A stretch of 64,000 bases of DNA from a virus: positions 13,272-77,271 of the IMG/VR virus record IMGVR_UViG_3300021088_000001, one strand, 5' to 3'. Position 1 is the first letter of the stretch. Each line of letters opens with the position of its first letter. Of this stretch, positions 29,347 to 38,379 are shown one piece after another. Position numbers and translations under genes: made by a program. The notes under the pieces are model-generated. The model did no database searches. It had not been told where the DNA came from and saw nothing but the letters and a program-made list of their open reading frames with translations.

Positions 29347-29561
29347 TCAGATGGCAGGTACTGTAATTCCTGCATCCTGTGTTAATTGAAGGAGATGCGT
29401 ATTCTCTCTACATCAGGTCCAGTTCCCAATGCCAATTTCGAATTACTTAGAGTATATATAGATAAGAAAACAAGGGTTACACTGGCTCTACTTGTTTATC
29501 CCTCCTTATACTGCTCTCACAGGTCAATCTTACTCGTGTATCAGTCTACACATTCATCTGA
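29347..29561 (-). ncRNA. C4/CI/IsrK-like structured RNA with large insert
   Basis: TCAGATG/CATCTGA closing stem; GTGTA-GACTGA-TACAC and GCAGG-AATTACAGTA-CCTGC hairpins with complementary loops. Confidence 0.7.
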
Positions 29562-29565
29562 AGCT

Positions 29566-29642
29566 TGGTGGGCCTTGCTGGACTTGAACCAGCACTCTCC
29601 GAATTATGAGTTCGATACATTCACCAATTATGTTAAAGGCCC
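29566..29642 (-). tRNA. tRNA with CAU anticodon, Ile2 (lysidine) type more likely than Met
   Basis: GGGCC acceptor; CTCATAA loop; GCTGGTTCAAGTCCAGC T-arm resembling ileX; CCA. Confidence 0.85.
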
Positions 29643-29648
29643 AAATAT

Positions 29649-29723
29649 TGGCAGGACTGACAGGACTCAAACCTGCATGCTATCGAGTAGAAATCGATTG
29701 CTGTTTCATTCAGCTACAGTCCT
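29649..29723 (-). tRNA. tRNA-Arg(UCU) with atypical D and T loops
   Basis: AGGACTG/CAGTCCT acceptor; ATCGA-TTTCTAC-TCGAT; GCCA end. Confidence 0.8.
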
Positions 29724-29744
29724 ATATTAGTTCCTTGTCTTGCT

Positions 29745-29773
29745 ATTATACTTCAATTTATTTCCCGTGTCAA
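29745..29773 (-). promoter_or_regulatory. Consensus promoter for the tRNA/ncRNA/SSB transcript
   Basis: TTGACA-17-TATAAT. Confidence 0.85.
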
Positions 29774-29783
29774 GCTAAATATT

Positions 29784-30068
29784 TTATTTCTTTCGAGGAA
29801 TATAAAAGACATTCTCGGAATTCTGTATTTTGTCTCCATCATACAATTCTGCATGTTTCAGTGCTTTAATCGGAATGTATCTTCCGTTGTAAACTGTACT
29901 TCCCTCTGAATAAGGGCCATGCGATAGCCGTTTATCAAGGTTTATATTGTCAACAATAAATGTTTCTCCAATGAGCTTATTGTCATCAATAGTTTTCTTG
30001 CTGATACCTGCTGCTATTAGGACTTCGTAGTTTGCAATAGCAACTATGTCGTCTAGGTTAATCCTCAC
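29784..30068 (-). CDS. Hypothetical protein
   Basis: ORF overlapping the upstream stop. Confidence 0.55.
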   Translation of the reverse strand: MRINLDDIVAIANYEVLIAAGISKKTIDDNKLIGETFIVDNINLDKRLSHGPYSEGSTVYNGRYIPIKALKHAELYDGDKIQNSENVFYIPRKK

Positions 30069-30292
30069 TCTAGGTAGTCTCCGATGTCTGTGTTTTCATA
30101 ATCGTGGTAATACCCACTCCACGTAGTCTGCCAATGAGTGTCATACTCTGGTTTCTCATAAGAAGCACCTTCTGCATCAAGCCATCCATCAGTCCAGTCA
30201 TCATACTCTTCAGTGCCTTTCTCATACCCGTTATCTTCATACGCAACACCATCCTCGAAGTCTTGAACTCCTTCATTATAAGCATCTGACAT
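30065..30292 (-). CDS. Acidic small protein with RMF-like motif
   Basis: AYNEG..DG..NGY..WTDGW. Confidence 0.6.
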   Translation of the reverse strand: MSDAYNEGVQDFEDGVAYEDNGYEKGTEEYDDWTDGWLDAEGASYEKPEYDTHWQTTWSGYYHDYENTDIGDYLE

Positions 30293-30366
30293 ATTATCTC
30301 CTAATTTATGCGTCTAACATCATATTCTAATGAACTTGTGGTAATTTATGTGCCAATACGCATAAA

Positions 30367-30699
30367 TTAATCTTCAAACATTCGCTCAAGTTTCCTAAAC
30401 TCTCGCTCAAATTTTGTTGTGTATCTAATCAACATAGCTGTATCATACTCTGAATATTTATGTTTGTAAAGCCAATCTAGTAATTTTGTTGCAGGAAGTT
30501 TCCACACTGCTGTGGTTTCTGTTCGCTCAACTCTCTTCTTAGCAGGAAAATCCTTTGCAAATTCCACTCCGTTATTGAATTCAAACAGCACATACTCTGG
30601 TTTTCCTGATTTACCTTGCCTAGCTCTACACTCTAACACAACTTCTGTTGCTGCAGCAAGCATTTTTGCGGCTGTTGCTTTTCTAAGACGTTTTTTCAT
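30367..30699 (-). CDS. Basic hypothetical protein
   Basis: Lys/Arg-rich 110-aa ORF. Confidence 0.6.
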   Translation of the reverse strand: MKKRLRKATAAKMLAAATEVVLECRARQGKSGKPEYVLFEFNNGVEFAKDFPAKKRVERTETTAVWKLPATKLLDWLYKHKYSEYDTAMLIRYTTKFEREFRKLERMFED

Positions 30700-30917
30700 A
30701 GGTGCATAATATAACAAATAATTAGTAGAACAGTTCCGGCTAGAATCGTATTAACAGAGCACTTATAAAACTTGCACGATTGCTCACTGTATGGCATCAC
30801 GTTTGCTATGTTGATGCCAAAGATGCCTACTATAACAAGTATCACTGCGAAGTTGTCTAAGTGTTCCATTACTACTCCTGTTCTAAACTTAAGATTATAG
30901 AGGTGCCGACCCAAATA

Positions 30918-31286
30918 TTATACTCCAAAATACGTTCTAGCATATTTGTAACCACTTTCAAATTCATGATACAGGAATGGCTCTATATTTCTATTATATG
31001 GGTTAGATTCAAATCTGTACACATAAGAATTGTAACCTCTTCCATAAGCCACTTTTTTCATCTTATCGGATAACTCCAGAGATCCATCCACAGATGGTAA
31101 CACATTAGCATCAGTATTGTCAAGGTCATTTTGTTTACCTTTGCCCCAAAGTAAGTCCCATCCTGATGCGTAATTGCTTTGACCATCTGTTCGTGTCTTG
31201 ATCAAAGCTCCTGTGATGTCATTTGTAGCTGTGAAATGCTTAGGGTATTCAAATTTGTTTAGTGTTGGTACGTCAATTTTGCTCAT
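30918..31286 (-). CDS. Hypothetical protein with C-terminal RMF-like motif
   Basis: AYGRGY..NPY..FESGY. Confidence 0.6.
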   Translation of the reverse strand: MSKIDVPTLNKFEYPKHFTATNDITGALIKTRTDGQSNYASGWDLLWGKGKQNDLDNTDANVLPSVDGSLELSDKMKKVAYGRGYNSYVYRFESNPYNRNIEPFLYHEFESGYKYARTYFGV

Positions 31287-31294
31287 GGAAGTCC

Positions 31295-31450
31295 TTATTG
31301 ATAGTCAAATTTATAGTCGGATTGTGCTTGGCGGAAGCCTGCAACAAATTCCTCCCGTTCGTACTCTGATAATGTAGAGGGGAAGTCGTACATTGATTTT
31401 CCTGCTTCATAGCTTCTATATCCAAGGGTGTAAAAATCTACATATGCCAT
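31295..31450 (-). CDS. 51-aa protein with RMF-like motif (not in ORF track)
   Basis: GGAG RBS; MAYVDFYTLGYRSYEAGKSMYDFPSTLSEYEREEFVAGFRQAQSDYKFDYQ. Confidence 0.6.
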   Translation of the reverse strand: MAYVDFYTLGYRSYEAGKSMYDFPSTLSEYEREEFVAGFRQAQSDYKFDYQ

Positions 31451-31460
31451 TTAGTTCTCC

Positions 31461-32048
31461 TCAATGAATATCTGAATATTTTTTTCCAAAATTTATTTCA
31501 CAAGCTAACTCACGATTCAATTTTAACTGATCATTTACTTTTTGAAGCGAGTCTGCAACAAGTTGCCTATACACCTCTTGCTTATCTTCATCAATAGAAA
31601 GGACTAGCTCATCGTGTGCTTGAAATGCTAAATTATACTCCAGACCCCTCTGCTTTGCAAGCCTTTCGCAATAGTATAGCCACAAATCTAGAATATACGC
31701 ACCAGTTCCCTGAATCAGCGTTGAAAACCTATCCTTATCTGCGCGTAATGAATAGTACATCTTAGAAATAGGATTATATTGCCACATGCCCGAAGATGTA
31801 TTCACAACATGAGTCATCTTCGATATTTGTCCAATACTCCAATTCAACTTATGATACCCTGCATGAAGCTGTTTTGCAAGAGACGTTTCAATCTTAGCTG
31901 TTCTGGCAAGAGTTTTTACTCCACTGCCATATTGGCACGCATAATTTGTGGATTTTCCTGTAGCCCTCACTGCATCAAGCCTCTTGAATAATTCTTCTTG
32001 CTCTTTCTCAGGAAGATTGGTCATATCTGATAATGTAAGTGCTGTCAT
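31461..32048 (-). CDS. Family A DNA polymerase, C-terminal part (motifs B and C)
   Basis: RATGKSTNYACQYG, STLIQGTGA, QAHDE. Confidence 0.92.
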   Translation of the reverse strand: MTALTLSDMTNLPEKEQEELFKRLDAVRATGKSTNYACQYGSGVKTLARTAKIETSLAKQLHAGYHKLNWSIGQISKMTHVVNTSSGMWQYNPISKMYYSLRADKDRFSTLIQGTGAYILDLWLYYCERLAKQRGLEYNLAFQAHDELVLSIDEDKQEVYRQLVADSLQKVNDQLKLNRELACEINFGKKYSDIH

Positions 32049-33427
32049 TTATGTTTCCTCTTATACCATTTATAGAATTCCATCTCGGCTGGAGACATCA
32101 AACCTGCAGCCACAGCAATCGTCATATGTGGGTCAAATCCATCCTCCATCTGAGTTTTCACATACTTGGGATCAATCGGCATCTGAAAATGGTGCTTGAG
32201 CCTGTCTTCTAAGGATGATAGATCTGAACCAAGTAACACTTTACCGGAACGTGCAATTAGTAGCCCTCGAATCTCTTCTCCATATTTCACACGAACACTT
32301 GGCAGATTCACGATTTGGCGATGCTGAATTCTTAAAGTATTTGTCAGACCACCAATATCTGCAAAAAGTTCACCGTCAATTTGATCTCGCAAGAATCCTT
32401 TTACAAGGCTATTCCTATGGTTAAGAATTCCCAATCCTGCAATATACTCTATTCCTGCACATTTAGGAAGCAGATCTTTGACAGACTGGCAAATCTCCCC
32501 ACCTTTGAGATTGATCTGTGGGATATTCCTCACTTCGCCATCGTCATCTTTAACATATTTGAATGTTTCTGGAATCCACCCTAGCGAATCTAGCCAAGCT
32601 TTCATTTGTGTATGGCTAGAGGGATTACCAATCTTATAAGAAAGAACGACTTCTATATCATCTTTATGCTCAAATGGAAGCCCTAAGCCCTCTGTCAGAG
32701 CCTTCCAATTCTCTCCTGATGCTGAGAGATCACCATTCTTTTTAAATGGTTTGGCAGGCCGTTTACGCTTAGCTGTGACAGGAACTTTAGGCATCACTTC
32801 TTTCAGAGCTTCCACCTTAATCTCAATCTCTTTCTCAAGCTGCAATTGCAATTCTTCCGCAGCCGTAACGTCTAGTGTAAACTTGTTCACTTGCTGCTGA
32901 CGATATTCTTCCATCTTTTGCATGAGATAATTGATAATACGATCAAAGTCTCTCTGATCGTCGCCAATAATTTGCTTCAATCGTTTGACTTGTCTAATCC
33001 AGAGCATTTTCTGAATCTTGCAGTCTTCTTTGACACGATGATTATATTCTTCCTGAGTTTGATTCTCCCAATCTTCAATTACAAGCTTAGGAATTCCAAA
33101 TTCTTCACCATACTCACCAAGGCCATGTTTTATGCGAGTTGGTTCTAGATACCAGCTAAGTGCCAGTGTGTCAATTATTTTGATCTTACTAATATCATAT
33201 CCAAGAAGGGTTAAAGCTTCGCCATCAAACATCTTACCATTATGTATGATAAACGTGTGCCCTTGGTCAAGCCAATTCTGCACAGCATTCTTGTCAGAGC
33301 CTTCAATTAAAATGCATTCATTAGAGTCAATTGCTAAGCTGCAGATGTTATGCAGCTTAGGGTTTTCCTGCTTCTTCATATCCTCCAACAAACCACTTGT
33401 TTCTATATCCGAGGCATAAAAAGCCAT
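32045..33427 (-). CDS. Family A DNA polymerase, N-terminal part (3-prime exonuclease plus motif A)
   Basis: DIET, HNGKMFD, DTL, NLPS, GSDLSSLEDR, DPH. Confidence 0.92.
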   Translation of the reverse strand: MAFYASDIETSGLLEDMKKQENPKLHNICSLAIDSNECILIEGSDKNAVQNWLDQGHTFIIHNGKMFDGEALTLLGYDISKIKIIDTLALSWYLEPTRIKHGLGEYGEEFGIPKLVIEDWENQTQEEYNHRVKEDCKIQKMLWIRQVKRLKQIIGDDQRDFDRIINYLMQKMEEYRQQQVNKFTLDVTAAEELQLQLEKEIEIKVEALKEVMPKVPVTAKRKRPAKPFKKNGDLSASGENWKALTEGLGLPFEHKDDIEVVLSYKIGNPSSHTQMKAWLDSLGWIPETFKYVKDDDGEVRNIPQINLKGGEICQSVKDLLPKCAGIEYIAGLGILNHRNSLVKGFLRDQIDGELFADIGGLTNTLRIQHRQIVNLPSVRVKYGEEIRGLLIARSGKVLLGSDLSSLEDRLKHHFQMPIDPKYVKTQMEDGFDPHMTIAVAAGLMSPAEMEFYKWYKRKHK

Positions 33428-33591
33428 CTACTCCTCCTCTTCTCCATCCTCCACAACCTCATAATATGGCCGATTATTCCACCAATCAGCTCCCAATGCA
33501 ATGACTAATCCTGCAGTGAATGTGATAACTGGAGGACTAACCAGAAGACACGCTAACAGCCAAACAACGCTAATTATAATCATGTTTGCTC

Positions 33592-34134
33592 CTAATGTAA
33601 TGTAGTCATGTAGCGCTGGTTAGTAAGTTCATAGTACCTTTTAAGGAATTCCTCTCGTGCTTTTTTAGGACTCCAAGGTTTGAGCTTTACATCCCAAATA
33701 AATGTACCGTCCAAAAAATCCCAATGTTCGCTTGGAGGTTTAAAATTAAGCACTTCAACCAAAAGTGCCTCTCTATCTGCAATGTGTACTTCAGGTCGCA
33801 TTGGGTACTCAAGATTGTAACGCCTGAAAATTTCCTTCTCGTGAATCTTTTCTAATTCACGATAGTCTTTCAATAGTGCTTTGAGCGGCGAGGGCAGATC
33901 CGTTAGAAACGCTTCACTTGCGTCATGTAAAAGTCCATCCAACGCATAAGCAGGATCAATTATCTCACTAACAAACACGCAATGCTGAGCAATCGAAAAA
34001 AACTTATCTACATGGCCTGCATATCTTGACTGATTGGAGAGTGCAAGAGCTACATCCTCAATTTCCCAACAATTTTTCTCTGGCTCCAGATAATCATAAA
34101 ATTGCCCAGACTGTAAAAGTATCCCGCTTCGCAT
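33592..34134 (-). CDS. HD-domain deoxynucleotide phosphohydrolase (YfbR/DatZ-like)
   Basis: RYAGH..SIAQH..LLHDASEAFLTDLPSPLK. Confidence 0.88.
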   Translation of the reverse strand: MRSGILLQSGQFYDYLEPEKNCWEIEDVALALSNQSRYAGHVDKFFSIAQHCVFVSEIIDPAYALDGLLHDASEAFLTDLPSPLKALLKDYRELEKIHEKEIFRRYNLEYPMRPEVHIADREALLVEVLNFKPPSEHWDFLDGTFIWDVKLKPWSPKKAREEFLKRYYELTNQRYMTTLH

Positions 34135-34136
34135 AG

Positions 34137-34736
34137 TTATTCCTTTCCGTGGCGTTCTGTGTAACCTGCTCCAAGGCGATTCATTTCATCTATAGCGGAT
34201 TGCCTTGCATTTACCGCCATCTTTATTGCTGCGTCTTTTCCATACTTCTTAAATGAAAATGATTTGCTTCTTTTATTTCCATCGAGGTCATACCATTCTG
34301 TTCTTGCGCTTTTATATACATTATTACCTCGGACATCTGAGCGTAAGTATGTTCCTGTAATGCCTGATGAGTTGTTGATAGACCTGTGTTTATTTCTTCC
34401 ATTTACTGCTTGTGTCACAATTCTCAGATTAGTTATTGTGTTATCAGCAGCATTTTTATTAATGTGGTCCACAACAAATCCATTCGCAATTTTTCCATTG
34501 TGCATTTCATATATAACTCTATGAACCTGTCTAGTCTTTGAAAATAATTTTACTCTCCAATATTTTTGATTTGGCAAATCTTTGAGATTTCTTTGGCATC
34601 CTGCTATACTGTCTTTCAATGTAGCTATCTGCCTATAGGATCTTCCCTTGTGGCGAGTTATCTTCCACCTCAAACAAGAAGGACTTGTCTCGTCGTAATA
34701 AAACCAATCGTGCCAATTAATATCTTCGCTCATCAA
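34137..34736 (-). CDS. HNH endonuclease with AP2-like domain
   Basis: YDETSPSCLRW; VHRVIY..VDHINK..DNTITNLR; YTERHG. Confidence 0.9.
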   Translation of the reverse strand: MMSEDINWHDWFYYDETSPSCLRWKITRHKGRSYRQIATLKDSIAGCQRNLKDLPNQKYWRVKLFSKTRQVHRVIYEMHNGKIANGFVVDHINKNAADNTITNLRIVTQAVNGRNKHRSINNSSGITGTYLRSDVRGNNVYKSARTEWYDLDGNKRSKSFSFKKYGKDAAIKMAVNARQSAIDEMNRLGAGYTERHGKE

Positions 34737-35116
34737 TACTTCTTCCCACCCTCAGCTTCACGAGATTCTTTCTTGTGGTCTAGTCGCTTCTTATTGTATT
34801 CCATCTTCTCAGCCATAGCTCCTCCAATATCAAATCCATATGCTCCAGCAAGATCAAAGATACGAATAAGCGCATCAGCAAGTTCTACCTCTGAACAAAG
34901 CCTATGTGGCAAATGTTTATCCCTCTCCCCTGTTCTATCTCCTTCGAGAGCCTCTGATAACTCTGAATGACAAAGTGCAATTTTATTACTAAACATAAGA
35001 GGCTCATATGCTAGAAATTTCCCATCTTTGTCGTGCCACCATCCTGCAGCATGAGAAGCTTCATAACACAGGAATTGTAAATGATTTGCAAAATTCTTAA
35101 TTGTAAGTTTATCCAT
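34733..35116 (-). CDS. MazG-like NTP pyrophosphohydrolase
   Basis: HSELSEALE..EVELADALIRIFD..KMEYN. Confidence 0.88.
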   Translation of the reverse strand: MDKLTIKNFANHLQFLCYEASHAAGWWHDKDGKFLAYEPLMFSNKIALCHSELSEALEGDRTGERDKHLPHRLCSEVELADALIRIFDLAGAYGFDIGGAMAEKMEYNKKRLDHKKESREAEGGKKY

Positions 35117-36527
35117 TATATTCCTTATTATCCTTGATCGTATAATGACGTGGCGTTTTATCTGCATGCAACTTCTGTACACTTTGTGCAATCTTAGACA
35201 ATGCTTCAGATTCTTGGTTATACCCACCACTAATTTGTCGATCATCAATAAGACTGCCCACAGAACGTGCCTCCAACAAAATCGCTACATTTGCCAATAC
35301 AGCCCCAAGATGAGGGACTCCATCAGCAGGATCATATTCTTGCCCCTCCATCCAAGCACTAAAATGTCGCTGGATTGCTGCAATATAAATAGAAGCTGGA
35401 ACAGGGGTTGCTTTGAAATTGCCGTATCCATATTTGCCGCCGTTCAACATTCCCAGAGATCCATAAGCTGTCGCAAGAGGCGACCACAGATGAAGTGGAA
35501 GCTTCGCTTGTCCAAAAGCTGTCTTAGGATTAACTGGCATTACATTTAATGCTTCTTCATAAGCATTAGATTCCTCTGGTGTCCCTAAGTATTCCTCAGC
35601 CACAAACGGAGTGAAATTCTCCTTATGCACAGCATCTCCATCCTCAATCATCTTATCCACCATCTCGTCAATTGTCAAGGAGTTATTCTGCATAGGTTGT
35701 TCTTCTACGATACGATAGGATGTGATTTCCTGTTCTCTATTTTCAAAATCAAAACTACACCAATGGAAATCTTCAGCACGATATGAAGTATCAGTGTAAA
35801 GATTTCCATTCAGATATACTTGCACCAAAGTGTCAGGTGGTACAGGACACTCACTACCCTCAGTAGCATTCCATTCAATCCAACCGTCCTTGTCAGCTTT
35901 AGATTTCTTAACCTTCTTTGGAAGCATTCCTGCTGCCTCGAATAATGCTATTTGGAAGGCTTGCTTATATTCTGTGTTCCACACAGGCTTGATAGCATTA
36001 TTCGAGAAACTCAAACTGCCATCTCGGTTAACGCTAATCGCAATAGGATAATTCTCGTTATAAAAAGTTTTTTCCTGTTTGCCAAAACCCCACTCTAATC
36101 CTAATGTAAATAAAGCCCTCTGCACCATATCACTCTCTTCTTTATTCTCAACAACAAAATAGCATCCTGCAAATCGCGCCAAGCGTTTCGCAGCTTTGTG
36201 GGCTTTGTAATCAGTTTTCTTTTTCTCTTTGAAGGCTTTGGCACACGTAAGTAAGAATCCAAGACTATATGATGTTAAATTTTTGTAACTATTACAAGTG
36301 TCTGAATCATGGAATTTCTCACTTGAATACGTCATCTTGCAATTCTCATCAGAGTAAATATAACCCTGCTTATAAATAATATTATTTTTATCTTCAGAAA
36401 GAAATTGGCGTTGTTCGCCCGGAGTGTGATCTGCCCAATAATGCCCAAGTGTAAAAAGAGCTTGTTGTGCTTGTTCACACTCTAATGGTGTGGTAAAGTA
36501 GATCTTCGTATTCTTAAACTCTGACAT
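35109..36527 (-). CDS. Multidomain protein ending in a dATP/dGTP diphosphohydrolase (DUF5664-like) domain
   Basis: NPK..G..KLPLHL..KYG..N..AIQRH..W..G..D..DGVPHL; two N-terminal QxALFTLG repeats; GWIEW..ECPV domain. Confidence 0.8.
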   Translation of the reverse strand: MSEFKNTKIYFTTPLECEQAQQALFTLGHYWADHTPGEQRQFLSEDKNNIIYKQGYIYSDENCKMTYSSEKFHDSDTCNSYKNLTSYSLGFLLTCAKAFKEKKKTDYKAHKAAKRLARFAGCYFVVENKEESDMVQRALFTLGLEWGFGKQEKTFYNENYPIAISVNRDGSLSFSNNAIKPVWNTEYKQAFQIALFEAAGMLPKKVKKSKADKDGWIEWNATEGSECPVPPDTLVQVYLNGNLYTDTSYRAEDFHWCSFDFENREQEITSYRIVEEQPMQNNSLTIDEMVDKMIEDGDAVHKENFTPFVAEEYLGTPEESNAYEEALNVMPVNPKTAFGQAKLPLHLWSPLATAYGSLGMLNGGKYGYGNFKATPVPASIYIAAIQRHFSAWMEGQEYDPADGVPHLGAVLANVAILLEARSVGSLIDDRQISGGYNQESEALSKIAQSVQKLHADKTPRHYTIKDNKEYNG

Positions 36528-36558
36528 TCATTTCTCCTGTGTGTAATCTGATGTTTGT

Positions 36559-36587
36559 ATTCTATATTTAATTGTTGAGGATGTCAA
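36559..36587 (-). promoter_or_regulatory. Sigma70 promoter overlapping the primase stop codon
   Basis: TTGACA-17-TAGAAT. Confidence 0.75.
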
Positions 36588-38365
36588 GCTTTGTTTGGTT
36601 TGAATGTCTCGCTTCCAAATGACATACCTTTCAATCCAAGCCAGTCATCTTTATCATACAAGGTATGAGTAGCATTATCATAGTAGTATTGGCCAACCAT
36701 TCCTGTATTTCCAGACCAGCGACATTTAGTCATCTTCATGTAAGTTGTGTTCTTTTCTAGATCTTCATCGGCCTCTTTATTTCGAGTGAACAGGAGATTA
36801 CATGCTGCACTTTTGAATATGCTAGAACTTCCAAGAAAGTCTTCTTCATGTAAGTCTGCACCAGTGCTTCCTTGCTTACCACCTTGTGGTGTTTTTCTCG
36901 TGTGATTAATATTGATAAATGTCACCCCATGAGATTTCAAGATACCCTTCATCCATCTCTGGAACACTGCCTGCTCTTCATTACTCAATCCGTCCATCAA
37001 ATCTTGAAGAGGGTCAATGATAATCACCTTACATTCGCAAGACACAATCAATTCCATGATAAGAGATTTAATTGATTCTAATCCGCCATCCCTATCTTCA
37101 ATAAGATGCCAACGATCTGTGCCATCGGGCTGCTTCCACAACTCTTCCTCCCTCCTCAACACTTCAGGAGAGTTAAGGAACGAAAGCTTATCTTCAACAG
37201 ACTCAATAAGGTCTATCTTCCTACCGACATGGCGAGACAGTATCTTTGTGCCATATTGCCCACTATCAGATTCTAGTGAGAGTACACCAATTTTATGTGG
37301 ACTATTAAACACCCAGAAATATGCGCATTCATCTGCAATTGTACTCTTTCCTGTCCCCGAAGCACTTCCGAGATTGACAATAACTCCTAGTGGTATTCCT
37401 GCTGCCATAGCTTTCTGTACTTTGTGCATAAATGGTGGCAATGGTATTTTAGGAATTGCGGCTGCTTCACGAATCTTCTGTCCTAAACTACTACTACCCA
37501 CAATACCATCTGGACTGTAGGGTACGGCATCAAAGAAAGCTCGAAGGAATTGCTTCTCTTTACCTTTAGTAAGATACTCATTAGCATCTTTAAGGGTAAG
37601 TTTCATAACAAACATCTTATTCTTCGGCAACACATCTACAAGCTTTTTAACAGCCTCTCTGCCAGCATCGTCATTATCGTAGCACACCACAATACGCTGT
37701 GCCTGATTAAGCCATGCATATTGTAATTGTACTTGTTTAAAACTTCCAGATTCACCGATAGCGCTAGAAACTACTGGAGTGGCATCAAAATCACTTCCCT
37801 TGCCAACACGGTAATTCTCAAGCATCTGGAATGCACTCATTGCATCAATCTCACCAGCACACAACAACACATATTTAGCCTGATGGTCTTTCCATTTCCA
37901 TTGGCCAAATAATTCTGAATTCTTACCAATCTTTCCTACTGAATAGAAATCCTTAACGGGCGTAGACCGTACTTTGAAGCCTGCAGCCTTGTAATCTTGT
38001 GTGTAAGGATAATAGTGCTCAACAACTTCTGCAGTCTCTTCGTTGTATTTAAATCGGCAAGCATAAGCCTTGTATGTCTCGTCAGTAATCCCTCGTTGTC
38101 CTTTTCCTGATGTGCCAGTATACTCCTTGATTGCTTCTATTTCTTCTGGAGTGATAATTTCTTTAGTACTCACTTCGGAGTCCTGATATTCATATTTGTC
38201 AATCCCTTTCTGTTCTTTTTGTTCGTCAGATAACTCTGTATAAAAGCAGGCATGACAATAGCCTCCTAATCCTTCGCCATAATAGTGAAAGTTATTTCCA
38301 GAGGTATCACGTCCATTTTTACGACAACGTTTGCAAGGATTTTTTCCGACTATGTACTTTGTCAT
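36584..38365 (-). CDS. T7 gp4-like DNA primase-helicase
   Basis: Zn finger CxxC..CHAC; GEIDA and YDND Toprim; SGTGKST Walker A; IIDP; HTRK; KCRWSG. Confidence 0.95.
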   Translation of the reverse strand: MTKYIVGKNPCKRCRKNGRDTSGNNFHYYGEGLGGYCHACFYTELSDEQKEQKGIDKYEYQDSEVSTKEIITPEEIEAIKEYTGTSGKGQRGITDETYKAYACRFKYNEETAEVVEHYYPYTQDYKAAGFKVRSTPVKDFYSVGKIGKNSELFGQWKWKDHQAKYVLLCAGEIDAMSAFQMLENYRVGKGSDFDATPVVSSAIGESGSFKQVQLQYAWLNQAQRIVVCYDNDDAGREAVKKLVDVLPKNKMFVMKLTLKDANEYLTKGKEKQFLRAFFDAVPYSPDGIVGSSSLGQKIREAAAIPKIPLPPFMHKVQKAMAAGIPLGVIVNLGSASGTGKSTIADECAYFWVFNSPHKIGVLSLESDSGQYGTKILSRHVGRKIDLIESVEDKLSFLNSPEVLRREEELWKQPDGTDRWHLIEDRDGGLESIKSLIMELIVSCECKVIIIDPLQDLMDGLSNEEQAVFQRWMKGILKSHGVTFININHTRKTPQGGKQGSTGADLHEEDFLGSSSIFKSAACNLLFTRNKEADEDLEKNTTYMKMTKCRWSGNTGMVGQYYYDNATHTLYDKDDWLGLKGMSFGSETFKPNKA

Positions 38366-38379
38366 ACAATATATACCAT

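Noticed and set aside
29386-29869. Plus-strand ORFs 29386-29730 and 29606-29869
   Set aside because: Antisense to the tRNAs and the structured RNA
33592-36527. Calling this a Z-genome phage
   Set aside because: No PurZ homologue is visible in the window
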